From the human T2T-CHM13v2.0 reference genome, Homo sapiens, in assembly GCF_009914755.1 (NCBI RefSeq), contig NC_060930.1: a DNA stretch of 64,000 nt, one strand, 5' to 3'. Positions 1-13,742 of the stretch are shown in pieces. The first letter of the stretch is position 1. Every line of letters starts with the position of its first letter. A program made the translations under genes and the position numbers. Under the pieces are notes generated by a model. That model worked only from the letters and a program-made list of their open reading frames with translations, was not told the origin of the DNA and searched no databases.

Positions 1-1585
1 ACTGCTAAACTACAGTTTCATACTTATGGGGATGCATTTGTGATTCCTTTATGTTTGTAAGTGATACCATACTGCTGACTACCTAGAAAGCTTCTCATCT
101 AGAACTAAGGATTCCGATACATTTTTGAGGAGAAAGAAGAAAAAAGAATGTAAGGTCGTTGTGGCTGTAGCTTCAGAATAGATCCCTTTATGGTAGGTCA
201 GCACTCATGCCATACACTCTTGTCAGCTGGTTTCTCATTTTAGGAAACCACGGTCTAGTGAGGAGTTTGGAATCGGGAAGATGAGTTCAAATGCCAGCCC
301 TGCTGTGGGTGATCTGGGGCTCGTTGGCCTCACCCTTGCTTTGGAGAAGCTAAACTTTGAAGTGTGTGGAAGGCAGCTTGGATAGTCCTGGCATGTTTGA
401 TGGATGTCACATTTCAATGCCTTTCCTTCCTCTTCTCTGTGGACGTAGATTAAATTCACTCTCATTTATTCCTGAAGCATTTGGAGAGCAGGTGCCAATG
501 TCCCAGGCACAGGTGGAAACACGTGGTGCGTACAACCTTGCTCAATCCCTCCCCCACCCCACCAGGTCGTGATCCCTGAGGGAAGCATGGTCTCATGCGG
601 GCTCTGAGCAAGACGGGTGAGATGTTCTGTAAACCTGTGGCAGGCTGGGGAGAGGAGGCCATGGCCAGCGTTGCCTTGGGGGACAGGGCATGAAGGCACA
701 TGGGTCTGGAAGGCAGTGTCAGGACTGAGACAGGAGGGTGAGTCCAGAGCGGGGACAGAGGACGAGAACTGAGACCTGCTTCCCACGCGTCTGTGGCCCA
801 GGGAGGCCACGTGTGAGACCTGGTGTGGGTCGAGGACACTGCTCGGCGTTAGAAGAAGAAGTAGTGAAGGGCAGTATTGGTGGAATAGGCAGGAGAGGGA
901 GACAACGTCTCCGGAGCCAGTGGGTGGGAGCCGCAGGGCTGGGCAGTGGGCACAGGTGCCAAGGGGAATGGGGTCAGGGTTCTCCAGGCGTGGGCTTCAC
1001 GGGGGTCTGTGTCGTTAACTGAGGGGCAGGCAGGAGCAGGTGGACCAGGAGGCGTGGAAGGGCTGAGGTTTGCTAACCGTAGTCCACTTGGGACCTTCCC
1101 ACACGTGGTCTCCCAGAACCATTCCGGTCTCACAGGTACAGAGATGAGGTTGGAGAGGTTTTAGGAAGTCACCCAATAACACACAAGCGTAAAAAGATAG
1201 AACCAGGATTTAATATATTGATTTCTGATTCAAACTCTATTTTTATTTTAACCATCTCCAACTGTGCAGAGGCAGTTGGGAAATACATGAGAGTCTTGGC
1301 TGCACTTTAGATTTGGGAGTTAACAGATATGGCGGAAATAACTATGATGGGAGTGTTTTTGACCCACAATTTTCGTGATATATAGTTAATCAATCACTCA
1401 CTAGTTAATCACTGAGTAGACGAGAAAGTGATGTCTAACCCTATTTGAAGAGAACATGGCAGTTTCTGTTTTTCACTGGGTGTTTGGTGTATTTACTTTT
1501 TGCTATTGTTTTCCTGTAATATCACTACTAAGAGATTAAACATTTAGAGTTTTGCAGTACTGAGCAGTTGGCAATCTTTTATCCT

Positions 1586-1617
1586 GTGTGTGTGTGTGTA
1601 TGTGTGTGTGTGTGTGT
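1586..1617. repeat. (TG)n microsatellite
   Basis: Interrupted TG run read directly. Confidence 0.9.
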
Positions 1618-3824
1618 CTATGTATGGTATACATAAAATTGGGGTCATATTCTATATTTGTATTTTAAAATATTTTGTTTGAAAATATATAACAGATATT
1701 TTCTATGGTTTTTACATGATTTTAAATGAGCTGGTACTTTAATATATATAGATGTGTGTGTGTACATACATACATATATATTTATAATAATTTAGCCAAA
1801 CTCTTACTGTCGACATTTAATTTTAAAATTTACTTTACTACTAAAAATAATATTGCAGAGAACAACATTGTACATAATAATTTATGTGCATTTCTGATTT
1901 TTTCTTCACATATATTTTGGATGTGAAATTGTTGGGTCAAGAGTTATCAACACTTCAAGGGATTTTAATACATATTATAGAATTAGCGTTTCTGCATGTA
2001 TGAAACATTTGGAACTGCTTGGAGCACGTCACTCCTTCAAGTTGAGCATCAGCAACTTTATTTCCCTTGGTTCTCCATCTAAGAGCCTACATTCATCATA
2101 GACGTTTGTGTGCAATAACACCAATGGTTCCAAACCTTTAACCAAAGCTGGACGAAATTAGAATACTTTTGAGTCCCAATTAAGGTTGGTTAACTTTAAA
2201 AGCTGCAGTCGATGTAGTTTCATTTTCATGTGGGTCTGCACTTTTCAAACCTTGGTGTCAACTAGGAACAGATGGGCTCAGATCCTGAAAGAACAGCCTT
2301 TCCTGTGGACACTCCAGCCCATGCTAAAGACAAAATTGAGAATTGCTCAGATAGATATCCAAACCTCAAGCCTGTGTGAGGACTGCACATTTGAGATCAG
2401 CAACCGCAACCTCATGCCCACACTGGCTGGCCCTGATGCATGTCTCTGAGATCCCAAATCTTACTCTTTACCTTTTCAGTTTTCAGAGCATGAAAAGGTA
2501 TATTTGGGCTTGTAACATGGTCCTGAGTCATTACATGTGTGTTTAAATGGACTCCTAATTATTTATCTTTCTCCTGGAAAGTATGACCAATTGGTATTTT
2601 TTATAACCTCTATTTTCTACTAAGAGAATTGACAAGTACAGAGGAAAGTTCTGGACATATAACAGAGCCCTTTCTCTTTCTTTCGTGGACAGCTCAAGTC
2701 CTAAACGGAAAATGATGATGGAGCAAGAGAGATGTGTGATGAAGCAGGGTTGTTTCTTATTGTCTGTGCGCCCTCACTGTTTGCTGTTGTATAACACCTT
2801 GGTGTGTGTGTGTTGGGGCGGTGGGTTGTAGGGGGAGTCAGAACAGGAGGTGGGGAAAGTACTTTGGATGCGGTGCTCTAAAGAACCATCCCCTAATGTG
2901 CTTGACTTTTAGGGATCTACTGGGGATGAAAGCCAAAAATACACAACAAAAGTAAAGTACAATTCTGCAGCACTGCGTATTCTACAAAGCATTTTCTCAT
3001 TCCGCGACCCACTCGATTCTTCTTACGACCCAGTGAAGGTGGGATTACTGTCCCTAGCTTCTCCAGGAGAAAACTGCTCATAAAGGTCTTCTCCTTACCC
3101 TGCTAACTTCCCTTTTATCCACCAGAGGTACCCCGAGCATGTAGGATATTCATTAGTCTTTGTTGTAAGGACCTAAGGCATGCCATGCTCTGACAGTCCC
3201 TTTACCCTTGAAGGGAAGTGGGGCCATTTCATCTTGACACCTTAAATGCCAGCTGTGAGCTCATTCCCAAACGTTAGGGTGATGTACAAGAGTCCTGGGC
3301 CGTAGTTCCTGGCCTTAAAGACCTAAAGTCCTCTTGGGAAGGTAAAGCATAGAGACTTGGGACCACAAGAGGACAGTCCAAAATGAATAGTCCAAAATGT
3401 CTCCTGGTGTAGCCAAGAAAATGATGGTGGTAGGAATTTGGCTAGAGAAAGGATAATTGTTATTGGAGTGGTAGATGATGGTATACTAGAGACAGAGTTT
3501 TAGGGAAGTCTTTAAATGTGTGGAGAATGTGCACCTGTAAGAGGAGGTCAATGTGGGTAAGCACAGCATTAGGAAATAAGGTTGGAAAATGGTAGTAAAG
3601 TAAGTATTCATTAAAAAAACAAAATAAGATGAACTGCCTGAAACAAAGATCTCCTTATGCCCAGACTTGCAGCAGGTGAGGTTGACAAGTAAGGGGTCCA
3701 TTTGAGGTAAAGAACTTTCAACTCAATTTCCTCAAACAGCACAGCTTCCCAGCTTCCTTAGAGTCCCATGTGCTGCCATGGGAGAGAGACAAGTTGTGCT
3801 GGATGTGCCTAATCTCTGTCTGCT

Positions 3825-4347
3825 CTGTCTCAGGGAAAGGAGTCAGGAACATTGAATGATATATTGTATCTGGTCTAGAACAGCCCTGGTTGTCAGACAC
3901 TGTCCTGGGGAAAGGAGTCAGGAACGTTGAATGATTCATGGTATCTGGTCTAGAACAGCCCTGGTTTACAGACCCTGTCTCGGGGAAAGGAGTCAGGAAT
4001 GTTGAATGATTCATGGTATCTGGTCTAGAACAGCCCTGGTTTACAGACCCTGTCTCGGGAAAAGGAGTCAGGAACGTTGAATGATTTATGGTATCTGGTC
4101 TAGAACAGCCCTGGTTTACAGACCCTGTCTCGGGAAAAGGAGTCAGGAACGTTGAATGATTTATGGTATCTGGTCTGGAACAGCCCTGGTTTACAGACCC
4201 TGTCTCGGGAAAAGGAGTCAGGAACGTTGAATGATTTATGGTATCTGGTCTGGAACAGCCCTGGTTTACAGACCCTGTCTCGGGAAAAGGAGTCAGTAAC
4301 GTTGAATGATTTATGGTATCAGGTCTAGAACAGCCCTGGGTTACAGA
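3825..4347. repeat. Minisatellite, 75-bp unit, 7 copies
   Basis: Unit CTGTCTCGGGAAAAGGAGTCAGGAACGTTGAATGATTTATGGTATCTGGTCTAGAACAGCCCTGGTTTACAGACC; matches the 25-aa periodicity of ORF 3718..4362. Confidence 0.95.
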
Positions 4348-4549
4348 GAATGATTCTGCCATTGATCAGCAATTTAAGATACAATGTTCGATTTGTACTT
4401 GTGAGCATTGGGAAGACTATGTATAGGAGATCTTTTGGAAACCTGTTAAAATGTATGTATAAGCCATATTTATAAGGCATCGCTATTTTCCAGCATAAAG
4501 GGAATTAAGAAATTAAAAGTGTTAGTAGTTTGGAGGAAATAGTGGAGAA

Positions 4550-7500
4550 GGAAACATCAGAAATCTGTATTCCCACCTAGATAACAGTTGCACTGGCAAA
4601 ATCTTTCTGATGTAACTATTTTGGAACTCTGGAGTCCATTGAAAGTTTGCGGTTTCTAGGTAAAGGCTTGGACAGTAAAGTGTGGTTAATTTGGGTTAAT
4701 TTTGGCTCTAGCACAGTAGCAGCTACCCACTCTCCACCCCAACCTTGCGGTGAAAGCTGTGCACATGTTCCTGGAACAGGCTGCATGCAGTTTGTGAGAA
4801 TCAGAGTGCGGAGAAAGACCCTGTCCTTCAAATATGAGGAAGCTGTGCTGTGAATGTTGATTGCAGCTGTTGATAACAGGGGTGCAGACGAAAAGGTGGT
4901 GGCTGACACTGTTGCATCTTACCCATTGTCCCAACCCTTGCCTCCCACCTCCACCAGCAGAAGTGACTTCCAAGGTATTTAAAAGGCTGGCACACTTCAC
5001 CCAAAACCCTTTATTTTACTTTTTCCTCCTTGGAAGCCAGACATTAAAGACTAGGACACTCAGAAGCAACTTAATATATGGAGAGAATTAGAAAGTGACC
5101 ACACATGCTCAGGGAAAGGTGCAGGCTCAGAAAAGACCTGAGAGGACCTTCATTTTACAGCTCAGTCTCATCCTTGGCACAGAGACAGCCCACAATAAGA
5201 AAAAATATATACATATATTTTAAAATTAACAACAACAAACCCCAAGCAAACCCTGGGAAAAATGAAGAATCTGACTTCAAGAGTTATCACAGTATTAAAT
5301 TCAAATGTCCAGTTTTTAACAAGAAGTTACAAGGCATACAGAAAATGAGAAAATGTGGCATATTTAAAGGAAGAAAATGAATCAACAGAAAACTGTCCTT
5401 GAAAAAGACCTGATAGCAGATCTACTTGACAAACATTTGAAAACACCTGTCTTAACGATGCTCAAAGAACTAAAGAAAGATGTGGAGAAAGTAAAGAAAA
5501 TAATATATGAACAAAATGAAAATGTTAATAAAGATATAGGAAACCTAAAAGAAATAAAGAAATTCTGAAGCTGGAAAGTAAAATAACTGAAATTAAAAAA
5601 ATTACTAGAGGGATTCAGAGGCACATTTGAGCAGATGGAAGAAAGGATCAGCAAACTTAAAGACAGGAAAATGGAAATCACTGAGTCTGAGAAATATATT
5701 TTTTTTAATGGAAGAAAAGGCAAAAGAGACTAAGGGACCTGTGGGACAGCATCAAGTGGACCAACATACATGTTATGGGAGTCCCAGAAGTAGAAGTGAA
5801 AGAGTAAGAGGCAGAGAGAATACTTGAAGAAACATGAATATAAAGATCCAAGAAGCTCAATGTACTCTAAGAAAGTCACACAGAGACATTATGACCAAAC
5901 TTTCAATAGACAAAGAGAATTTTGAAAGCAGAAAGAGAGAAGTAGCTCTCACATACAAGGATCCTCAGTAAGATTAATAGCAGATTTTTCCTCAGAAACT
6001 TTGGAGGCCAGAAAGCGGTGGGCAGATAAATTCAGGGTGCTAAAAGGAAAATCAAAAACAAAACAATCAAACTATCAACTGAGAACCCTATCTCCAGCAA
6101 AGCTGTTCTTCAAAAGTAAGGAACAGTTCAAAAATTAAGATATTCCCAGATAAAAGCTGAGGAAGTTTCTTACCAGTAAACCTTTCCTGTAAGAAATGCT
6201 AAAGGGAGTCCTGTGAGATGAAATAAAAGACACTAAATAGTAACTCAAAGCTGAATAAAGAAATAAAGATCTCAGCAAAGGTAAATACTTGTCAGTTATA
6301 TAGTATCATTGTAACATGGTTTAAAACTCTACATTTTGTTTCCTACACAATTTGAGACTAATACACTTAAAGAAATTATTACTTAATGCTTCGATGTACA
6401 GAATGTATGAAGATGTGATTTTGTAACATAGTAGCAGAATGAACAGGGTAAAAAACATGATCTCAAATAGAAATAAAACAACAATCGAAAGGTAGGAACA
6501 GAGCTGCTAAAAGAACAGAGTTTTTGTATGTTATTGAAGTTAAGCTGGTATAAATTTAAATAAAAATGTTCTTATTTTAGGATGTAAAATATAATCCTCA
6601 TGGTAACTAAAAACACACAAACAGCTATAGAGTATATATGAAAGGAAGTGAGAAAGAAATTTAAATGTTTCACTACAAATAGTTAACTAATCACAAAATA
6701 AGACAGGACATGCAGGAAATGAGGGACAAAGTCCTTATAAGATATGTAAGAAATAAATAGAAAAATGACCAAAGTACATCCCTTTTATCAGAAATTAATT
6801 TAAATGTAAATAGATTAATCTCTCCAATTAAAAGACAAAGACTGTCAGAATGGATAAAAAGTTTAACTATATGATGTCTACAAGAGACTTGTTTTAGATC
6901 TTATGTAACTTGTGTCTAAAGGCAAAAGTAGCTTGAAAGGAAAGAATGGAAAAAGATTCCATGCCAAAAAAATAACCAAAATAAAGTAACCAAAAACTTA
7001 GGAAATGCAGTAAAACTAGTTGTAAGGGAAAAATGTATAGCTATTAATTCTACCCTTTAAAAAAATAAGAAAAAAACCTAACTTTACAACTTGAGGAACT
7101 GAAAAATAAGAACAAGCTAAACCTAAAGCTAGCAGAAGGAACTACATAATAAAGATGAAGACAGAGATGAATGAAATAGAAAACAGAAAAATAATAGAGG
7201 AAAATTAGTGAAACAAAAAATTGGTTCTTTGAAAAGATCAATAAAATTGATAACATTTTAGCTACATAGACTAAGAAAAAAAGAGACGTTTCAAATTACT
7301 AAAATAGAAAGTGAAAGTGGGTTTTCCTAAGAAAAAGAAAGAAATAAAAGTGGGAACAGTACTACCAACTCTACAGAAATAAAAATGGATTAACAGAGAT
7401 TACTAAGAATAATTATATGCTAATACATAGGATAATCTAGTTAAAATGGACAAATTCCTAGAAAAATAAAACCTACCAAGACTAACTAATGAAAAACTCT

Positions 7501-10262
7501 AAGTAAATTTATAACTTTTATAACATGATTGAGCCAGTGACCAAAAATCTCTGGACAGAGAAAACCTGTGGACCTCACGGCTTCACTGGTGAATTCTACC
7601 AAACTTTAAGAAATGAATGCTAATCCTTCTTGAATGATTTAAGAAGAGGGAACACTTTCTAATTCTTTGTATGAGGCCAGTATTATTCTGATTCCAATGC
7701 CAGACAAAGACACTCTAAGAAAAGGCAACTAGAGGCCAATATCCCTTATGAACATCGATGCCAAAATCTTCAACAAAATGTAGCAAACTGAATTCAGCAG
7801 CATATTAAAAGGAATATACACCATGATCATGTGGGATTTATTCCTGGAATGCAAGGATGAATCAATATGTAAAATCAATCAATGTAATACATCATAGTAA
7901 CAGAATGAATAGGGTAAAAAGCGTGATCTCAATTAGATGAAGAAAGCTTTTGAGAAAACTTAACACACTTCCATGACTAAAAACTCTCAATAAACTCAGA
8001 CTAGAAGGAAACTACCTCAACATAATAAAAGCCACATATGAAAAACAAAACCATTGTAAACATTATATTAAATGGTGAAAGACCACAAGTTTTTTCCCTA
8101 AGATCAGGAGTAAGGCAAGGATGCCTGCTTTCACCACTACTATTTAACATAGTACTGAAAGTTCTAGCTAGAACAATTAGGCAAGAAAAATAAATACAAA
8201 TTGGAAAGGAAGGCATACACATTGGAAAGGGAGAAGTAAAATTATCTCTGTTTACAGATGATATGATTTTATGTGTTAAAAAACCCTAACAATGCTGTAC
8301 ACACACATACACACACACACACAAAAAAACTTGTTAGAACCAGTAAATGAATTCAGAAAAGTAGCAGGATATAGAATTAAAACACAAAAATCAATTGCAC
8401 TTCTGTACACTAATGATGGACACTCTGAAAAGGAAATCATAAAAACAATTCTGTTCAAAATAATATTAAAAAGTAAAATGCTTTGGAATAAACAAATAAT
8501 GTGACAGATTTGTACAATAAAAATTATAAAACATTGCCAAAAGAAGTTAAAAAAGAAGACATCAACAAATGGAAACACATCCCACGTTCATGGATCAGTA
8601 TTAGTACTGCTAAGTATTAGTATTGTTAAGATGTCCATACTACTCAAAGACACATACAGATTTAACTCAATCCCTATCAAAATTCCAAAAACATTTTTTT
8701 GTATAAATAGCAAAATTCATCCTAAAATTCATGTGGAATGTCAAGGGACACTGACTAGACAAAATAATTTTTAAAAAGAACAAAACTGAGTACTCTCACT
8801 TTGTGATTTCAAATCTCATTACAAAGCTACTGTAGTCACACAGTGTGGTACTGGCATAAAGACAGATGTATAGATCAACAGAATAGAGAGCCCAGAAATA
8901 AATCATCACATCTATGCCAAATGATTTTTGACAAGAGTTCCAAGGCCATTCGTTGGAAAGAGGACAGTCTTTTCAACAAATGGCATGAGAAAACCAGGTA
9001 TCTATATGCAAAAGAATGATATTGGACCTTTGCCTAACATCAGATACAATAATTAACTCAAAATGGATTAATGACCTAAAGGTAAGACCTAAAACTGTGA
9101 AACTCCTGGAAGAAAGCATAGGACAATAGCTTCACACCGTTAGATCTGGCAGTGACTTCTTGGATATGATGTCAAAGGCACAGGCAACACAAGAAAAATT
9201 GTACAAATTGGACTTTAAGAAAAATTCAAAAATTGGTGTATCAAAAGACACTATCAACACAGTACAAAGGCATCCATGGAATGAGAGAAAATATTTGTAA
9301 ATCATATATCTGACAAGGGATAAATATCCGGAATATACAGAGAACTCTTAAAATTTAACAAATAAGGTACCTGATGTTTAACTTATGCAAAGGATTTGAA
9401 TGGACATTTTTTTTAAAAAAAAGATACACAAATAGCCACTAAGGACATGAAAACATGCTCAGAACACATGCTTAGCATCATGGAAATGCACAGAAAAACT
9501 ACAATGAGGTGCCAACCCACACCCATTATAATAGCTACTGTTTTAAAAACAGAAAATAACAAATGTTAGCAAGGATGTGGAGAAATTGGAACGTTTGTGC
9601 ACTGTTGGTGGTAATATACAATGGTAAAGCTGCTGTGGAAAACAGTATGGTTGCCTCTCAAAGAATTAGAAATAGGATTACTGTATGATCCAGCAATTCC
9701 ACTTCTGATTATGTACCCAATAGAACTGAAAGCAGATTCTCAAAGAGATATTTGTATACTCATTTTTATAGCAGCACTATTTACAATAATTAAAACATGG
9801 AAGTAACCCAAGAGGCCACCAGCAGATGAATAGATAAATGAAATGTGGTGTATATACATAAAAAGGAATATTATTCATCCTTAAAATGAAGAAAAATAAT
9901 CCTGACACAGGCAGCAATGTGGATGAACCTTGAGGACATGATGCCGAGTGATAGAAGCCAGTCACTAAAAGGCAAACACTGTGTGATTCCACTTACAAAA
10001 GCTACTTAGAGTCAACAAAGTCATAGAGACAAAGTAGAATCTGGTGGCCAGGGGCTGGGGAAGGGGAAATGGGGAGGGAGTGTTTGATGGAGACAGGGGT
10101 TGAGCTTTACAAGTTGGAAGTGGTTCTGGAGACAGATGGTGGTGATAGTTATACAACATGATGAATGTATTTAATATCACTTAACTATGCGCTTAAAGAT
10201 AGTTAAGATGGTACATTTTATGTTATATGTATTTTACCATAATACAAATAATTGAAAAAAAT
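4550..10262 (+). mobile_element. Ancient, degenerate near-full-length LINE-1 (L1M/L1MB-like), sense to SMOC2
   Basis: ORF1-like coiled-coil remnant (~5377-6240); ORF2 endonuclease start near 6765-6890 (LNVN..L.SPIKR, CLQET-like); RT core TTTACAGATGATATG (F-T-D-D-M) near 8251; ORF2 C-terminal remnant in ORF 9621..9806; L1MB-like 3' UTR ending in an A-rich tail near 10260. Many stops and frameshifts. Boundaries and subfamily are approximate. Confidence 0.85.
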
Positions 10263-10269
10263 GAAACAG

Positions 10270-10962
10270 CATTTCATACACACTAGAATTAAAAAGTCAG
10301 AAAATAGCAAGTATTGACAAGGATATGGAAAAACCCTCATATAGTTTGGAGAGAAATGTAAAATTGTTCAAGTGCTTTGGAAAACAGTTTTCCAAAGTTT
10401 AATCAGAGTTCTCTTATGAACCAGTAATTCCTTTCCTAGGTGTATACCAAAAGAATTGAAAGCAAAAGTCCTAAAAAAAACACGTACATAAATGTTCACA
10501 GCAACATTATTCATAACAGCCAAAAGGTGAAATCAACCTGAATATTCATCAGCCAGTGAATGAATAAGTAAAATGCAGCCTAGTCACACAACAGAATGTT
10601 ATTTGACCATAAAAAGGAATGAAGTGTTGATACACACTACAACAAGGATGAACCTCAGAAACATTATACTGAGAGTAGTTATTCACAAACGACCTCATAT
10701 CATATGAGTCTCTATATAAAATGCCCAGAATAGGGAAATCTATAGAGAAAGAAAGCAGATTAATCATTTACTAGGGCTGAGGAGGTTGTGTGGAAATAGG
10801 GGCTGTGACTGCTAATAGCTATGTTTTTTTGGGGGGGAGATGATGAAAAAAATTTTAATATCGATTGTGTTAATAGTGTTGTGGAACTCTGAATAAATTT
10901 AAAACATTGAATTGTACAATTTGAATGGATGAATTGTGTGATAGGGGAATTGTATCTCAACA
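10270..10962 (+). mobile_element. Second old L1 3'-end fragment (L1MB/MC/ME-like)
   Basis: Repeats L1 ORF2-end/3'UTR motifs (ATGTTCACAGCAACATTATTCATAACAGCCAAAAGGTG; GGATGAACCTCAGAAACATTAT; GAATTGTATCTCAA) directly after the first element's tail. Confidence 0.75.
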
Positions 10963-12630
10963 TGCATGGATTAGTAATAAATTTCTAAACTCTCCCTTAT
11001 AGGTTCCTATGACTTCATCAAATTCAAAAGTATTCTGTCTAATAGATTTATTTTGTAATGTTACGAGCAACTGCAAATATTTAACTGAGTCACAGAAAAT
11101 GGTGAGAAATAGGGGCAAGGGTTATGCAATTCCTTCCTCTGCTGCTTCTCTTTTGCATCGTTGTGTACCGTTCGTACGGTTCCTGTGTATGGTATCATAA
11201 TAATTTATCTTCTCTACTTCTTACTGTGGGGACTGTTTGTCTTAGTGTCCCTGGTTCAGCATGGTTTCTGGCTCACTTAAGTCAGCTGAACAAATATGAG
11301 TAAGTAAAGGAGTTGCATAGATATATAATATTGTTCCCCAAATCACTGAATACAAAGTCTAGTGGCAGAACTGGAAAAGAAAATGCTAGATGTCTAAATT
11401 CTCAAGGCAGCACTTTATCCATCCAACAGCCTTGTAGATTGAATACTCACATCATTTCCTTCTCTACACACTCTACACTGCTTCACAGAAGCTTTGCACT
11501 CCAACATTTGCAAAGGACCCACACATTCCCTTGTGCAATTGAACTCAAGAGAGAAAAAAGAAATAAAATCATGAAAGGACTGCACCATGTCTTCTCTTTG
11601 CTACTTCTTCCCCAAAATTTGTAATAAGCCATGCAGCAGAGATGGGAAGTTTGATTTGGCGTATTCTTACATGGAAGAGCGCTGTTCTTTATCACATTAA
11701 TTTTGGAGTTGGCTCTGATGACCTCCCTTCCCCAAGCCAGCACTGGCTGTGAGCGCATCCAAACCGACTGCGATTCACCAATGGATCAGTAACTGTTTTG
11801 GAGGCTGATGATATGAAAACCTATCTGGCTTGTTCTGTTTGTTCACATTCTATTGTGGTTCAACGGCATTTTACAAAACAAAACAAAACAAAACATATTC
11901 TTAGTTCCAACTCTCTGCTATCCAAATCCATGTCTTCTGACTTTTCATTACCAAGTAGAAGTCCAGGGTAAGAGCTTAGCCTCCATAGGCTTGTCACTTC
12001 TTGGAAGAAAATCATAAACCAACGCATTAGTTATCTTATGCCAAGGGCTGGGCAGCATGCAGAGAGACATACTCCGTCCCCTCACTCATTAGAAGGGCCT
12101 TTGCAACCTTTTGGTGTAATGATGTCTGGCCAGGGAACTGCAGATAACATGAGAATTAAGTGACATGGCCCTCGCTGGCCTTTGGGCTCCTCTCCCAGCC
12201 TCTCCTCTGCCCTGTGGCCATCTCAGCACTCAAACGTCCCCCTGCTTCTTGTTGCTGGTTGCTCGGAAACCTTGGGTTCCAGACAAATCTTTTTCCCCGG
12301 CAAAGCTGCACCTCCACAGGGCCCCTTAAAATTCTACTTTCCCCTGTGTTCTGATCTCAGCTGCGGATGGGGAAAGCTCCAACTTAAATAAACTCACAGT
12401 GGACAGGAACGACTCATATTTGGCTTATGAATTAGTCAACTTGATTGACTACTCGTCAGGGTGATGGGCAAGGCAGTCTTTATTTCAGAATATAAGAGAT
12501 GCTGTGCCAACAGTATTTGGGAATTGCTTCTATATGGTGCATTTTAGTATTTATTGAGCTATCTCATGCACCGAAAATTATCGTATGTAGGAAAGAATTA
12601 AATATTGACTTAATTTAAAAATTACCTTTT

Positions 12631-12920
12631 TTCTTTTTTTGAGACGGATCTTGCTCTGTTGCCCAGGTGCTGGAGTGCAGTGTGCGATCTTGACTCACTG
12701 CAACCTCCATCTCCTGGATTGAAGCGATTCTACTGCCTCAGCCTCCCAAGTAGCTAGGATTACAGGTACCCCACCATGCCTGGCTAATTTTTGTGTTTTT
12801 AGTAGAGATGGGGCTTCACCATGTTGGCCAGGGTGGTCTCAAACTCCTGACTTCAGGTGATCCACCCTCCACAGCCTCCCAAAGTACTGGGATTACAGGC
12901 ATGAGCCACTGTGCCTAGCC
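12631..12920 (-). mobile_element. AluS-type SINE
   Basis: Full dimer; 14-bp TSD AAAAATTACCTTTT at 12617-12630 and 12921-12934. Confidence 0.95.
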
Positions 12921-13169
12921 AAAAATTACCTTTTGATTAAAAAACATACATGGCACACAATCTATACGTTGATGTAGTTCCCTTTTAAGTATTTTTTTTG
13001 GCAATTTACATGTATATTCTATATGTAAAGCAGTAAAATGCTACAATCATTCTGATTGGGGAATTTTATGTGACAGCATAGTTTATTAGTAATGGTGATT
13101 TCGAGAGCAATATTTGAGGAGGAGTATTTTACTGCTTTTCTCTCCGGTTATAGAGCAAGGCAATACATC

Positions 13170-13640
13170 TGCAGTCGTTCTAGGGGCTGCCCTATCACAG
13201 CACCACAAATGGGTAGCTTGAAACAGCAGAAACTTATGCTTTCCCAGTTCAGGAGGCCAGCAGTCCAAAATCTGGGTGATTGCAGGCCTGCACTCTGGGT
13301 AAAATCCCACTGGTCTCCTCTGGCCCCTGGTGCCTCCGGCACTCCTTGGCATTCCTCCGCTTGCAGATGCAGCTGTCTGCTCCCATGGCCGCTTCCCCCC
13401 ATGTCTTCACATTGTCTTCCCTCTCTTCCATCTATGCCCATCTGTGTCTGTTTTCTCTTCTTATGAGGGTGCTAGTTGCATGAGTTTGCTGGACTGCTGT
13501 AACAACATACCCAGACTGGGTGGCTCAGACAGAAACTCACTCAGTTCTGGAGGGTGCAGGTGTGAGATAGTCTGTCACAGGGCAGCTCCTCCTGGGGCTG
13601 TGAAGAGCACCTGTTTCTGGCCTGTCTCCACTCCTGGCAG
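13170..13640 (-). mobile_element. MaLR LTR fragments (MLT1-like), two pieces
   Basis: GGGCTGCC..CACCACAAATGGGTAGCTTGAAACAGCAGAAACTTAT..CAGTTCAGGAGGCCAG..GTCCAAAATC, with a second similar start near 13485. Confidence 0.65.
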
Positions 13641-13742
13641 TCTGCAGGGTGCGTCCATCTGCTGAAAGCCAGGGCACTGTGGGTGGGAGGCAGAGAAAAC
13701 TAACATTTTCGCAGGAGGCAGAGATCAGGACCCAGGTTCTCA

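Noticed and set aside
3718-4362. 214-aa minus-strand repetitive ORF with an ATG start
   Set aside because: Produced by the 75-bp repeat; no promoter, splice or homology support is visible. Stranded RNA-seq/Ribo-seq would be needed to revive it.
5105-9806. Short ORFs with L1 ORF1/ORF2 similarity as an active retrotransposon
   Set aside because: Fragmented by stops, frameshifts and an endonuclease-domain deletion.
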